From: Octopus sinensis
Taxonomy: Eukaryota
DNA length: 64,000 nt
Assembly: GCF_006345805.1 (NCBI RefSeq)
Contig: NC_043012.1
Span: 6,076,001-6,140,000 of the forward strand
Reading direction: 5' to 3'
Shown: positions 39,910 through 53,501 of the stretch, piece after piece
How the letters are laid out: each line of letters opens with the position of its first letter
How positions within the stretch are numbered: position 1 is the stretch's first letter
Notes under the pieces: model-generated
The model's input: the letters and a program-made list of their open reading frames with translations, nothing else
Database searches by the model: none
Told to the model about the DNA's origin: nothing
Position numbers and translations under genes: made by a program

Positions 39910-40317
39910 CTCTCTTTTACTCTTTTACTTGTTTCAGTCATTTGACTGCGGCCATGCTGGAGCACCGCCTTTAATCGAGCAAATCGACCCCGGGACTTAT
40001 TGTTTGTAAGCCCAGTACTTATTCTATCGGTCTCTTTTGCCGAACTGCTAAGTGACGGGGACGTAAACACACTAGCATTGGTTGTCAAGCAATGCTAGGG
40101 GGACAAACACAGACACACAAACACACACATACATATATATATATACATATATACGACAGGCTTCTTTCAGTTTCCGTCTACCAAATCCATTCACAAGGCA
40201 TTGGTCGGCCCGGGGCTATAGCAGAAGACACTTTCCCAAGATGCCACGCAGTGGAACTGAACCTGGAACCATATGGCTGATTAGCAAGCTACTTACCACA
40301 CAGCCACTCCTGCGCCT
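39910..40317 (-). mobile_element. SINE family A, full length
   Basis: Complete family A match. Confidence 0.9.
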
Positions 40318-40430
40318 CAGTGTAAACATTATTAAAATGAAAATTATTCCCGCAAAATGCCTTCTCTACTCATATTTTTCATTATACAATACTGTATCAA
40401 GAACTTCCTTTTTTTTTATTTTTCTACTAT

Positions 40431-40465
<35 letters not shown>

Positions 40466-40972
40466 GCTTACATACAATATGTATGTGTGTGTTGTATATA
40501 TATATGTAATATATATAATATTATATATATATTAATATCAATATATATATATATATATACAGCATGTTATGGTATGCATGTATATATACAAATATGTGTG
40601 TGTGTTGAATACTGAATACCTGTCAGGAAGTTTTCTCAGAATTTTTTTCTTTAGAAGTTATTTTTAGGATGATTGTCAGGAATCTTTCTTCCTCTAACCT
40701 CATACCCTTTTTGTGATAGTCTGTTTATACGACAAGGAAAAACACATATAGGTGGGGTTGTCTCATGACAATATAAATATGTACACACACACACATCTAT
40801 TTACATTACATATATACGTATATATATATTTACTATCTATATATATAATATATATTATATATATATATATATATAAATATATAAATATATATATATAAAT
40901 ATATATATTATATATATAAATATCTAAATATATATAATAAATATAATATATATATATATAAATATCTATATA

Positions 40973-41061
<89 letters not shown>

Positions 41062-41261
41062 AATATATAAATATATATATATAAATATATATATATAAAT
41101 ATATATATATAAATATATATATATAAATATATATAATAATATATATATATAATATATATATATAAATATATATATAATATATATATTAATATATATATAA
41201 ATATATTATATAAATTATATATATAAATATATATTATAAATATTTATAAATAGATAGATAT

Positions 41262-41303
<42 letters not shown>

Positions 41304-41317
41304 TATATATATATAAT

Positions 41318-41508
41318 GTGACCTCGTGTGTACCGTTGGCGATTTTTTCCTACCGTCTTCCCTTCCTGGATCTTTCCTTTTCCTATGTTCTGACGAAGAG
41401 CTCCACTTGAAACGTAAAACCCTCCTTCTTCCCTTCCTTCCTGAGCATCCAATAATACTATTTTGTTCCACGTCCTCGCGTTGTTGCGTTTTCATGTTTG
41501 GATTAACT
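41318..41508 (+). mobile_element. ~200-bp HHR-bearing element, copy 4 (HHR at 41387-41420)
   Basis: GTT-CTGACGA-A-GAGC-TCC-ACTT-GAAA-CGT-A-AAAC. Stem II is weakened. Confidence 0.8.
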
Positions 41509-41529
41509 ATATATATATGTATATGTATA

Positions 41530-41900
41530 CAAATATAAAAATGGAGCAAAAACGCAATAGAGTACATTAAAACATTTGGACAAATGGACAATACAAAGGC
41601 AGACAAGAGAAACAACAATTAGAAGGACTGGCAAAAAAAGACGGAACATTCATGGCCTTCTTTCCTCAGTCAAGTTCCAGGAGTCACGACTATTTCGGAC
41701 AGTTACGCTTGAGATAGTTCGATCTGGTTGCCCCTCAAAAAGTCTAAGCTAAGAGCATTAGACCCCTTTGTAAGAAAGTTAGTGAATGTGTACAGCAACA
41801 AAGACAAAAAAAAAACCCCCAAAAATACGGGGAACATGGTACACAGTTATGAATACAAACAACAAGAAATAACCACAGGTGTCTTTCGGCTGAGAAAGAA
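41530..41900 (-). repeat. Unclassified interspersed repeat; second copy at ~59330-59620 in the opposite orientation
   Basis: CTAAGCTAAGAGCATTAGAC at ~41746 corresponds to the reverse complement of ~59410-59430 (CTAAGCTAAGAGCACTAGAT). Confidence 0.6.
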
Positions 41901-42181
41901 TCAAATTGAGCTGGCGTTGTATGAAGTGAAAGCCTAAAGGCAGGAAGGAGGAACATAGGTCGGAGATGGACATAAGAAGGGTTGGTGGGCAGCAGCAGGC
42001 TATATATTATATATAAATATGTATATATATATATATATATATAAGATATATATATAACTATATATAATATATATATATATGTATATATATATATATTATA
42101 TATATATATAAATATATAGGATATATATAGTATTATATATATGTATATATATATGAGTGCGTGTGTGTATGTGTGCATCAG

Positions 42182-42231
<50 letters not shown>

Positions 42232-42446
42232 ATATTATGTATATTATATATGTGATATGTGTTTGTGTGTGTGCATCAGTGTATATATATATATATTGCG
42301 GTATGATAGATAAGTTCAGCAAAAATTTAGACTCAAATGAATATGGGGCTTAAGTTGAGGCACCAGAATTTAGTACAGTATTATCCACCCAACTTCAAAG
42401 TAAGGTGATTAAAATCAAAATAAGTAACAAGGATATCCAGAGGTAA

Positions 42447-42533
42447 TGCAGTACGATCGTTTCATGCAACTCCATTTAATTGAACAATGCAATCATTACA
42501 TCAATTTAAAATGCAGAGCAATCTTCAGCTGCA
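42447..42533 (-). ncRNA. Type I hammerhead motif with a long imperfect stem II
   Basis: Minus strand: TGCAG-CTGAAGA-TTGC...GCAT-GAAA-CGATCG-TA-CTGCA. Stem I is 5 bp, the core is intact, stem III is the palindrome ACGATCGT, the site is GUA, and the base of stem II is U.U. Confidence 0.6.
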
Positions 42534-43059
42534 CAAAGACATAGAATTTAATTAAATTAGAACAAATGGACACATTAGTATAATTATACCTAAAATCTCC
42601 AAGAAGTTACTAAGAAGTTACTAAGCCTTTCAAGATGATATACTTTGTTACAGACTCTGCCTATCACTAATTTTTTTGTTTTTATGGGGTCAGTTTTAAT
42701 TTATAGACTAGTTTATCAAATCCCTTGTATATCTGAGAGAACAGAGGGCAGTATCTATTAGGTGTAGGGCTGAGGGAGCAAATAGACATCTGTGTTGGTA
42801 TAGTCATAAAAATCAATATTTATTAGAAGCAATATCATGAGATTTGGTAAAGGGAACTTAAAACAAGATGTTAGCTGATAATTAAGGTGGTCACCCACGA
42901 GCAGACCATTGATAATGAAACAGGGGAAGTCTTAGTTAAATATATATATGGCCTGCTCGCTTAGCCAGTGGGGTGGCGTCATTCGAAGGCTTAAAACAAT
43001 GCGAACGCATTGTGACCGCGATGTGTAACAACATCTGATGGTCTGGTCGGTCATGTGAT

Positions 43060-43110
<51 letters not shown>

Positions 43111-43443
43111 CTTTAATAGATATATGTATATTATATGTTATATATATATGTATATATATATGATTATTATGTATATGTATATATATATAATACATATATA
43201 TATACATATATATATACATATATATATTCCATATATATACATATGTAATATATATATATATGATATATGTATATATATGTATATATATGTATATATGTAT
43301 ATATATATATGTATATATATATATGTATATACACACATATATATATATATATGGTATATATTATAGTATATATATATATATGTTATATATATATTATGTA
43401 TAATATGTATATATATATATACATATATATATATACATATATA

Positions 43444-43475
<32 letters not shown>

Positions 43476-43589
43476 GTATATATAGATATATATGTATATA
43501 TATATATGTACATATGTATATATATATATATATGTATATATATATAGTACATATGTACATATATATATAGAATACATATATATATACAG

Positions 43590-43628
<39 letters not shown>

Positions 43629-43654
43629 CAGATATATATATACATATATATATA

Positions 43655-43726
<72 letters not shown>

Positions 43727-43743
43727 CTATATGTATATATATC

Positions 43744-43786
<43 letters not shown>

Positions 43787-44069
43787 TCACAGTGAGGATA
43801 TTAGATCTCTTGTAGGGATATTTTTATCCAAGATACATAGGTTTAATATATTGTATTTTGAAGACGTATTACTTCAATGAATATATCATATAAAATATCA
43901 TAAAATATCAGATATTATTAAGTTTGAAAATGGAGAGATCTAATGGATACCAATTAATGTTTTGTAGTTTTAATTTTGGTTGTTAAATGAAAAAAAATGC
44001 AGGTGAATATGTTAATTGATTAATAAATTAATTTGTATCCAGTAGATCTCTCCGTTTTCAAACTTAATA

Positions 44070-44099
<30 letters not shown>

Positions 44100-44110
<11 letters not shown>

Positions 44111-44520
44111 CATTATCATCGTATAATGTCTGCTTTCCATGCTAGCATGGGTTGGACAATTTGCCTGAGGTCTGGCAAACCAGAAGGCTGCACCAGGCTC
44201 CAATCTGATCTGACAGAGTTTCTACAGCTGGATGCCCTTCCTAACGCCAACCACTCCGAGAGTGTAGTGGGTGCTTGTATGTGCCACTGGCACGAGGGCC
44301 AGTCAGGCGGCACTGGCAACAGCCACGCTCAAATAGTTCTTGTTATGGGCCACCTGCACAGGAGTCAGTCCAGTGGCACTGGCAACGACCTCGCTCGAAT
44401 GTTTTTTCATGTGCCACCAGCACAAGTGCCAGTAAGGTGACGCAGGTAACAATCACGGTCGAATGGTGCTCTTTATGTGCCACCGGTATGGATTGCATGC
44501 CACTGGCATGGCTTACATGC
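44100..44520 (-). mobile_element. RTE 3' tail fragment within (AAT)n
   Basis: Shared tail and GTGCC..GGCAC modules on the minus strand. Confidence 0.8.
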
Positions 44521-44979
44521 AATAATAATAATAATAATAATAACAATAATAATAATAAAATGAATTATTTAATAAATTAATTTGTATCCATTAGATCTCT
44601 TCGTGTTCAAACTTAATAATAATAACAACAACAACAACAACAACAACAATAATAATGATAATGATAATAATAATAATAATATTTATGATATATATACATT
44701 GGCAGTCTGTGTATAAGTCTATTGAATGTTCAATGCAATTTGTACCAAAAAGAAGGAAATGGGAAGTGATCAGTTTTTTTATTCTTTGTACCGAATAACA
44801 CAAGGTCCCTGTCTCAGATTTGGCATTGTGGAGGTATTGTGTATGTGCCTATGAGTGTGCGAGTACATAAGTGTATATACATGTGTGTGTATTATATCCT
44901 CACTGTATGCTGGCTGCCACACAGACTTCCCTGATGTGACGTAATGTCCACACATACACCCACATATATGTATATATAC

Positions 44980-45012
<33 letters not shown>

Positions 45013-45204
45013 TGTATGTATAAATAGTAAATGATTGACAATAGAAGTATACAATCTTATATTCCATGGTTTCAGAAAAAGAACCAGGAAGAACCAGGTG
45101 GTGATAGGAATTTTGGCACCTGGTCAACATAGTGTCACCTATTACATTCTGCATTATTTGATTCCACTTTTATATGTCAGTATGTTTACAAATAATTTAT
45201 GATG

Positions 45205-45249
<45 letters not shown>

Positions 45250-45436
45250 GTAACACTAAAAATAATAATAATGTTTCTAATTTTGGCACAAAGCCAGCAA
45301 TTCTGGATCACCTTGGCACACCCCACTTCCCCAGTGTTTGGCTTGTACCACTTTGAAAGGATGAAAGTAAAAAATTGACCTTGGCTGGACTTGAGCATTT
45401 GTTCTGATGCTCCCACAATACTGCCAACTGACTGTT

Positions 45437-45489
<53 letters not shown>

Positions 45490-46379
45490 CACCATCATTG
45501 TTTAATGTCTGTTTTCCATACTGACATGGGTTGGATAGAATAATAATAATCCTTTCTAATAAAGGTACAAGGCTTGAAATTTTGGGTAGGGGACTAGTCA
45601 ATTATATCGACCCCCCCTTCCAATGCTCAACCCTGAAAGGATGAAAGGCAAAGTTGACCTCTGCAGAATTTGAACTCAGAATGTCAGGATGGGTGAAATG
45701 CCACTAAGCATTTTGCCTAGTGCACTAATGATTCTGCCAGCTAATAATAATAATATAATAATAATAATAATTATTATTGTTATTATTATGATAATAACAA
45801 CAACAAAAGCACTCAGAGAGCACAAACCTCCGCCAAGGCAACACCAACATCCTCTCAACGATTAGCCAGAGATGATTTTTAAAATGAGAATATCTGAAAT
45901 AAACTCGACTGCTCTCACAAACAGGAATACCAAAAATGAACCTGACTGCTATCAAAAATTAAGTAAAAAACGGGAAAAATAATGCAGAATCCTAGTCCGG
46001 TACGTGGTCGATCCCAATGGTAGTCATGGAATGTGAAGGTAGCTGTAGAAAATTTAGTAACGGTAATAAATAGTTTATCCTTATCTAATACAAGCCAAAG
46101 TTAACAAATTCACCATTCAAAATGGTTTCAATGGTGGAGGTAATAATGATAAGTTCTACTCAGGAATCTTTAAATGAATAGCATGAGACCTTTTGGTTTT
46201 CTCTTCTCTTAAATTCTGGCCTTCCTTTAGTATCCCTGTTGTTTTAGATCAATGTATAGATGTATGTATATATGTAAGTATACTGTGAATTGATAATATG
46301 TATATATAATCTATGTATACTGTAAAAATATGTTAGTGTTATTTAATTTCTGAATGGTTTTGGTGCCGTTTGTTTATGT

Positions 46380-46570
46380 AGTTTGTTTATGTAGCCTGTA
46401 TATATGTGGCGTGCTGAGAGATAGTGCAGAAGCAAGACAACAACTTATATTGGGGAGACAGCAAGTAGCATAGGGGAGCAGATAAATGAGCACTTGTAGG
46501 AGTTCAAAGAGGAGAAAAGCTCATCAGTGCTCTACCAACATGCTCAATTAGAACATAGAGGCTTGACATT
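46380..46570 (+). pseudogene. Penelope-like element GIY-YIG endonuclease remnant
   Basis: From 46446: YIGETASSIGEQINEHL*EFKEEKSSSVLYQHAQLEH. It has the YIGET, E..I.EH and late His motifs of PLE endonucleases, with an in-frame stop. Confidence 0.75.
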
Positions 46571-46741
46571 TTGGCACTTGACATTTTTATAGAGAACCCA
46601 TTTCTTGTCACCAGTCACTATTCAGTCCAAAAAGGTTCACCCGTGAGATGTGACAGCAAAGAAGAGCACACATTCACTCTCTGCATGCAATTAGACTTGG
46701 AAGTTTGTGAAGAACCTATTGACCCAATTTGCTGACTTTAT

Positions 46742-46841
46742 NNNNNNNNNNNNNNNNNNNNNNNNNNNNNNNNNNNNNNNNNNNNNNNNNNNNNNNNNNN
46801 NNNNNNNNNNNNNNNNNNNNNNNNNNNNNNNNNNNNNNNNN
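46742..46841. other. Assembly gap (100 N)
   Basis: Run of N. Confidence 0.99.
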
Positions 46842-47531
46842 ATATGTGCATGTAGATGTATATCCGTCTGTATACACATACACATATATGCACACTAACC
46901 TACACACACACACACACACATTAATGCATATACACCTATGTATACATACATATATGTATATGCATATATACACACATATGCACACACATATTATATATAT
47001 AAATATATATCTTATATATATTTTATATTTGCATTCCATAATGGAAATGGCTGGATGGAATATCATAGTTCAAACCATTTCTTGTTTGAGGTTACTGACC
47101 ACCTCTCATGCTGTGATGCTAAATAAATGGAATGTAAACAAACCAGCTCTGGTTGTCAAACACTGTGGGATGGTAGATGAAGGCATACAAAAAGCATGTG
47201 CGTGCGCAAGCACACACACACACACATGTATGTATATATGTGTGTATGTGTGTGGTGTGTGTGTGTGTGGTGTGTGTGTGTGTGTGTGTGTACTGTTGTC
47301 TCGACATTGTGTGATGGTTGTAAATAAATATCACCATTATACAAATAATGATATTCCTTTCCAATCTCTTCCCTAAAAAACATGCATGGCTGTGAGGAAA
47401 TATCTTGTTTTGAAAAGGGTGAGTGTTGGCACCAGGAAGGTCATCTGGCTGTAGAAAATCTGTCTCAACAAATTCTGTCTTACCATTACCATGCAAGCAT
47501 GGAAAAGAGGACACTAAGAGGATGATGAAGT

Positions 47532-47582
<51 letters not shown>

Positions 47583-47593
47583 GTATGTATATA

Positions 47594-48266
47594 TATGAGG
47601 AGGAAGTCAGAAGTTATCCACACCTTTACCATAACATATATTTATTATCATCACACTGCCTTCTGCGCATGTGTGCTTATAGTTGGTATTATTGTGGTCC
47701 CATGATCAAAGTTTGAGCCTCATTGCACCATATTTCTTTCTGGCTTTACAGTGTAAGCATGGCTGCTCCACTAGCAATGTGCACCAAAGAAGAATAAAGA
47801 GCAGTGATCCAATCTCTCTGGTCGGAAGGAGTATCAGGTGCTGAAATTCATCAGAGGCTTTTAGCACTATTCGGAGACAGTGCACTGCCACATAGAAGTG
47901 TTTTTGAGTGAATCTAAAAGCTTAAAAGTGGCTGGCGAAGTGTGACACGTGAAGAGCGAGCAGGACGCCTGTCAACCTCCACCACTAGCGAGAAGATTCA
48001 GCAAGCTTGAGAGATGGTAATGGTGAACTGCTTCACCATGACCATCCCTCAGATCACTGCACTGTATTCTTCTTTGTTGCACATTGCTTGTGGAGTGGCC
48101 ATGCTTACACCGTAAAACCTGAAAGAAAAATGACGCAATCAGACTCAAACTTCGATCACGTGACCACAATAGTACCAACTATAAGCATTCATGTGCAGAA
48201 GGCAGTGTGGGAATAATAAAGATGTGTTATGGCAAAAGTGGGGATAATTTTTGCCTTCTACTCTAA
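47594..48266 (+). mobile_element. Fold-back mariner derivative: ~230-bp inverted arms enclosing a broken transposase N-terminus
   Basis: From ATG 47759: MAAPLAMCTKEE*RAVIQSLWSEGVSGAEIHQRLLALFGDSALPHRSVFE*I*KLKSGWRSVTREERAGRLSTS (mariner HTH region). The arm anchor 47674-47699 matches 48162-48187 at 25/26. Confidence 0.88.
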
Positions 48267-49193
48267 ATCTTTATTCCTCTCTCTACCATTACAAGGTCTT
48301 CAATGACCCTAAGAGCTATGCCAGAAGAGTACAAGATACCGGACAGGCCTCTCATGCTGAACAGGTCAATAGCTAGAAGCCAGGACTAGCATGGACCTTC
48401 TCTTGTGGAGGTAAAGATGAGTTTGCAGAGGACCAACACACATCTCTATAAGGAAAGCAGAAGTATAGATGCCAATTAAGAACCCAAAAGCCTAGGAGAG
48501 GAAGGCCTTACTTCAGGGAAACATATACCAGAAACATAAGTGGAGACAGACCCCACCAACAAAGGAGGCAAAAAAGAGGCTGAAAAAGCAGGGATTCAAT
48601 TAGAGAGAAGCAGAAAGACAGTAGAGAAAATCTGTCAATAGTCTATGCCCCATTGGCAGCAAAGGGCTTTAACAACAGTTACAACAATAATTCCTTTTTT
48701 GTTACTCTCACAAGAAGAAATTGGCTGTGATCAGATCTGGACGAGGATGGGCTCAGCATGGTCTGAAATAGTCAAGGAAAGCCATATGTTATGATAGATA
48801 TCTTTTGGTTCTGATAGGAGTTGAGGATCCAAGGGCTAGGTATGTATGTATCTGTGTATGAATATATGTGTGTTAATCTGTATATTTTGATTTAGACACA
48901 GGTGTGGTTGTGGGGTAAGAATATTTGCATAAATGTTCATACATAGGCATTTATCTGTATATATATATATGTTTATATGTATAGTGTTTGTGTCTATCTG
49001 TGTTTGTCTTCTGTCTATCTGTCTATCCATCCATCCATCCATCCATCGATCTATCTATCTATCTATTTGTATGTCTGTCTGCCTGTGTTTATCTATCTAC
49101 CTTTCTATCTATCTGTATTGATTGATCAATTGATCAATCCATTTATCCATCCATCCATCCATCGATCGATCCATCCATCTTGTGCAATCTACA

Positions 49194-49229
<36 letters not shown>

Positions 49230-49419
49230 CCCCACACACACTCTCTCTCTCTTTCTTTTTCTCTCTCTCTCTCTCTCTCTTATGTATGTGTGTGTATTTT
49301 ATTGCTTATCTACAATTAAATACCTGTTTGGTATTCAGAGCAGACCTTAAAATCTATAAGTATGTTCACTCCACTTATGATATCATCTACTCACCTAACA
49401 TGCACAAGTGCATACACAC

Positions 49420-49793
49420 ACACACATACACATCCTTGTACACACACACATACATCCTTGTATACACACATCCTTGTATACAAACACACACACATCCTTG
49501 TATACACACACATACATCCTTGTATACACACACACACATCCTTGTATACACACACACACACATTCTTGTATACACACACACATCCTTGTATACACACACA
49601 CATTCTTGTATACACACACACACATCCTTGTATACACACACACACATCCTTGTATACACACACACAACATTCTTGTATACACACACCATCCTTGTAATAC
49701 ACACCACATCCTTTATCACCCACACACATTCTTGTATACACACACACACATCCTTGTATACACACACACACACATTCTTGTATACACACACAC
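49420..49793. repeat. Minisatellite: CAT(C/T)CTTGTATA core plus a variable (CA)n spacer, ~17 units
   Basis: CATCCTTGTATACACACACA(CA) is reiterated directly. Confidence 0.9.
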
Positions 49794-49864
49794 ATAGATT
49801 AAGAACCTTATCTACTTTATATATGGATACTCCATCATACGAAAAAGACCCCAAAACTCTTATG

Positions 49865-49897
<33 letters not shown>

Positions 49898-50609
49898 ATA
49901 CATGTGTCCGTATACATATATGTATATATATATATGTATGTGTATATGTGTATATATATATATGTATGTATATATATGTATATATATGTATGTGTATCAT
50001 CATCATCATCATCATCATCGTTTAGCGTCCGTTTTCCATGCTAGCATGGGTTGGACGGTTCTACTGGGGTCTGTGAAGCCAGAAGGCTTCATCAGGCCCA
50101 GTCAAATCTGGCAGTGTTTCTACGGCTGGATGCCCTTCCTAACGCCAACCACTCCGTGAGTGTAGTGGGTGCTTTTTACGTGCCACCCGCACTGGTGCCA
50201 GACAGAGCTGGCAAACGGCCACGAACGGATGGTGCTTTTTATGTGCCACCGGCACGAGGGCCAGGCGAGGCTGGCAACGGACACGAAACGGGGCGGTGCT
50301 GGCAACGGTCGCGAAACGGAAAGTTCTCTTACATGCCACCGGCACTGGTAACACATCTGCAATTTCCATTGATCGATTTCCATTGATCGATTTCGATTCG
50401 ATCGTCACTTGCCTCAACGGGTCTTCACAAGCAGAGTTTTGACATGCCACCGGCACTGGTAGCACATCCGCAATTTCCATTGATCGATTTCGATTCTGAT
50501 CCTCACTTGCCTCATCACGTCTTCACAAGTAGAGTTTTGTGTCCCAAGAAGGGAAGGTATGCATACGTAGGCTGGCTCCATCCCATGTAGAAGGCCACGG
50601 GTTATGGAC

Positions 50610-52290
50610 TCACTTGTCCTGCCGGGTCTTCTCGCGCACAGCACACTTCCAGAGGTCTCGGTCTCTAGTCATTTCCTCAGTGAGACCTAAAGTTCGAAGG
50701 TCGTGCTTCACCACCTCGTCCCAGGTTTTCCTGGGTCTGCCTCTTCCACAGGTTCCCTCAACCGCTAGGGTGTGGCACTTTTTCACACAACTATCTTCAT
50801 CCATTCTCGCATGACCATACCAGCGCAAACGTCTCTCTTGCACACCACAACTGATGCTTCTTAGGTCCAGCTTTTCTCTCAAGGTACTTACACTCTGCCG
50901 AGTGTGAGTACCGGCATTACACATCCATCGGAGCATACTGGCTTCATTTCTAGCGAGCTTACGCATATCCTCAGCAGTCACGGCCCATGTTTCACTGCCA
51001 TGTAGCATGGCTGTTCGTACACACGCATCATACAGTCTGCCTTTCACTCTGTGCGAGAGGCCTTTTGTCACACAGAGGTAACCAATACAACATCCTCCCC
51101 CGCTGCTGACTTGGTCACCTAGGTAACGGAAACTATCAACTATTTCTAGTTTTTCTCCCTGGAAAGTGACGGAAGTTGGTCTCAGAGCATTTTCAGTGTT
51201 TATTGTTCCTGAGCATCTGCCACATACAAAAACCATCTTCCTAGTTAGCCTTCCTTTGACATTGCTGCATCTCTTATGTGTCCATAGCTTACACTTGGTG
51301 CATCTTATAGAGTTTCTACCTACACCTTTTCTACAGATCGAGCAGGGCCATCTACCTGAAGGTGTTTGTGATTTGTCTACCTTCCTACTGATTACGACTT
51401 TGGTTTTAGCTAGATTGACTCTGAGGCCCTTCGATTCTAATCCTTGTTTCCACACCTGAAACTTCTCCTCCAGTTCTGATAGCGACTCAGCAATTAGAGC
51501 AAGGTCATCAGCATAGAGGAGCTCCCAAGGGCATCCTGTCTTGAATTCCTCCGTTATGCCTGGAGGACTATGATAAATAGGAGGGGGCTGAGTACTGAGC
51601 CTTGGTGGACTCCTACCTCTACCCGGAATTCTTCACTGTACACATTTCCAACCCTCACCCTACTAGCGGCGTCCCTGTACATGGCCCGCACAGCTCTCAC
51701 TAACCATTCATCTATCCCTAGTTTCCTCATTGCCCACCAGATAAGGGATCGGGGGACCCTGTCGAAGGCTTTCTCCATGTCAACAAAAGCCAGGTACAGG
51801 GGCTTATCTTTGGCTAGGTATTTCTCCTGCAGCTGCCTTACCAGGAATATAGCATCAGTAGTACTTTTCCCTGCACAAACCCAAACTGCATCTCATCTAA
51901 ACTAACTCTCTCTCTAATTAGTTGGGCTATGACCCTCTCCGTAACCTTCATCACCTGGTCCAACAGCTTGATACCTCTGTAGTTATTTGTATCTAGGGCA
52001 TCACCTTTACCTTTGTAGCAGTTGACTATTATACTGCTACACCAGTCATTGGGTATGACCCCTTTGTGTATCACCTGATTAACTATACGGGTGACTAGGC
52101 TATAGCCGACACTACCAGACATTTTGAGCATCTCTGCAGTGATTCCTGATGGGCCTGGGGCTTTCCCTGTCTTCATGCTTCTAATTGCCTTAGCTACCAC
52201 GGAACTATCAACTCGGATAGCTGGTCCCTCTGTTGGGTCAACATTCGGCAGACTCTCTTTATCCCATTCATTTTCTTCATTCAGCAGCAC
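50610..52290 (-). pseudogene. Reverse transcriptase and C-terminal domain of the RTE LINE ORF2 (split across frames)
   Basis: YADD motif at ~51505-51520 on the minus strand; several frameshifts. Confidence 0.9.
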
Positions 52291-52923
52291 CTTTCATAGT
52301 GGCATCTCCAAACCTCTCTCTTTGCATCCTCATTTAGCGCAAGTGAACCATCTTCCATGCAAACACACTTCTCTCCTACCACATCACGATTCTCTCTCAC
52401 ACACTGTCTTGCAACACGAAACACCTCCAGTCTTTGGTCCTCACGGCGCAGAACATTGGCAAATTTTTTCTTATCTGCTTCCCCTCTGGCTAAATAAACT
52501 GTCTCCTCCTAGCTCTCTTTTGGCAGTCTGATACAATCCCCTGCTACCCCCATTTTTCCAGACCTTCCAAGCCTGTCTCTTTTCTCTAATAGCCCTGTCT
52601 ACAATATTGTTCCACCACCACGTTATTCTAGGTCGAGAGGGGACTTTGCACCAGCCACAGATCTGGTCAGTGGCTCTCAGCAGGTTGTCCCTTAGAAACG
52701 TCCAGCTGTCTTCTACCCCCTGTGATGCTCTATCCCCTTCTACTTCGTCAGAGGCTTCAAGTAATATGTCCCTAAATCTCTGTCCATTTGCAGGATCTTA
52801 AGCTTCAGATCCTTCTTCTCCATATTTGTCGTCTTCTGGTTGTCCTCCTAGTCCTGATCCTAAAGTCACTAACTACCAGTCTATGTTGTGGGGTACATTC
52901 TTCACCTGGGAAGGTTTTGGCAT

Positions 52924-53501
52924 TTATAAGCAGCCATCTCTCCCTTTGCCTGTAAGGATGTAGTCAATTTGGCTGCTATGTTGGCCCGATTGGTAAGTGA
53001 CTAGGTGGCTGGTAGGTTTCCTGAAGTTAGTGTTGCAAATCATAAGATTATTTGCATCGCAGAACTCCAGCAGCCTGGTTCCCTCCTCGTTGCGGGAGCC
53101 ATAGCCATAGCCTCCATGTACGCCATGGAAGCCCCCAGCATGTCGTCCAACGTGACCATTGAAGTCACCAGCCACAAAGATAAGGTCTCTGTCGTTCGTC
53201 AATGAGGTAGTCTGCAGTAGAGTGTCATAGAATCGGTCTTTCTGTCCATCGGGTAGCCCCGACTGAGGAGCATAGGCTGATATAATGGTTGCTAAACTAT
53301 GATGAAGCACTAATCTAATCTGAAGTATTCTGTCACATACTCTGATTACCTCAATTACTTTATCTACCCATTTCTCAGTGATAAGTATGCCCACGCCACC
53401 AACCCCGTCAGTGTTCCCTGCCCAGAAAATCTTGTACCTGCGTTCCTTGCCTGTGAGGAACCTAGCTGATCCTCCTCTCCACCTTATTTCTTGCATGCAA
53501 C
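52924..53501 (-). pseudogene. APE-type endonuclease domain of the RTE LINE ORF2
   Basis: QE, GDFN and ID(Y) catalytic motifs. The ORF-track start upstream of 53501 is microsatellite. Confidence 0.9.

Larger units (their letters stand above)
49996..53501 (-). mobile_element. 3.5-kb RTE-clade LINE, 5'-truncated and frameshifted (APE endonuclease, RT, C-terminus, 3' UTR, (GAT)n tail)
   Basis: Endonuclease: CMQEIRW, VAGDFNGHVG, QIDYIL (52924-53501). RT: NYRGIKLL, MEKAFDRVPR, GVHQGSVLSPLLF, WELLYADD (~51500-52290). C-terminus: LYDACVRTAMLHGSETW, RRLRWYGH (50610-51455). Confidence 0.95.

Noticed and set aside
48290-48600. Possible very old LINE ORF2 C-terminal fragment
   Set aside because: Only scattered residues resemble RTE-type motifs, which is not enough without a profile search.
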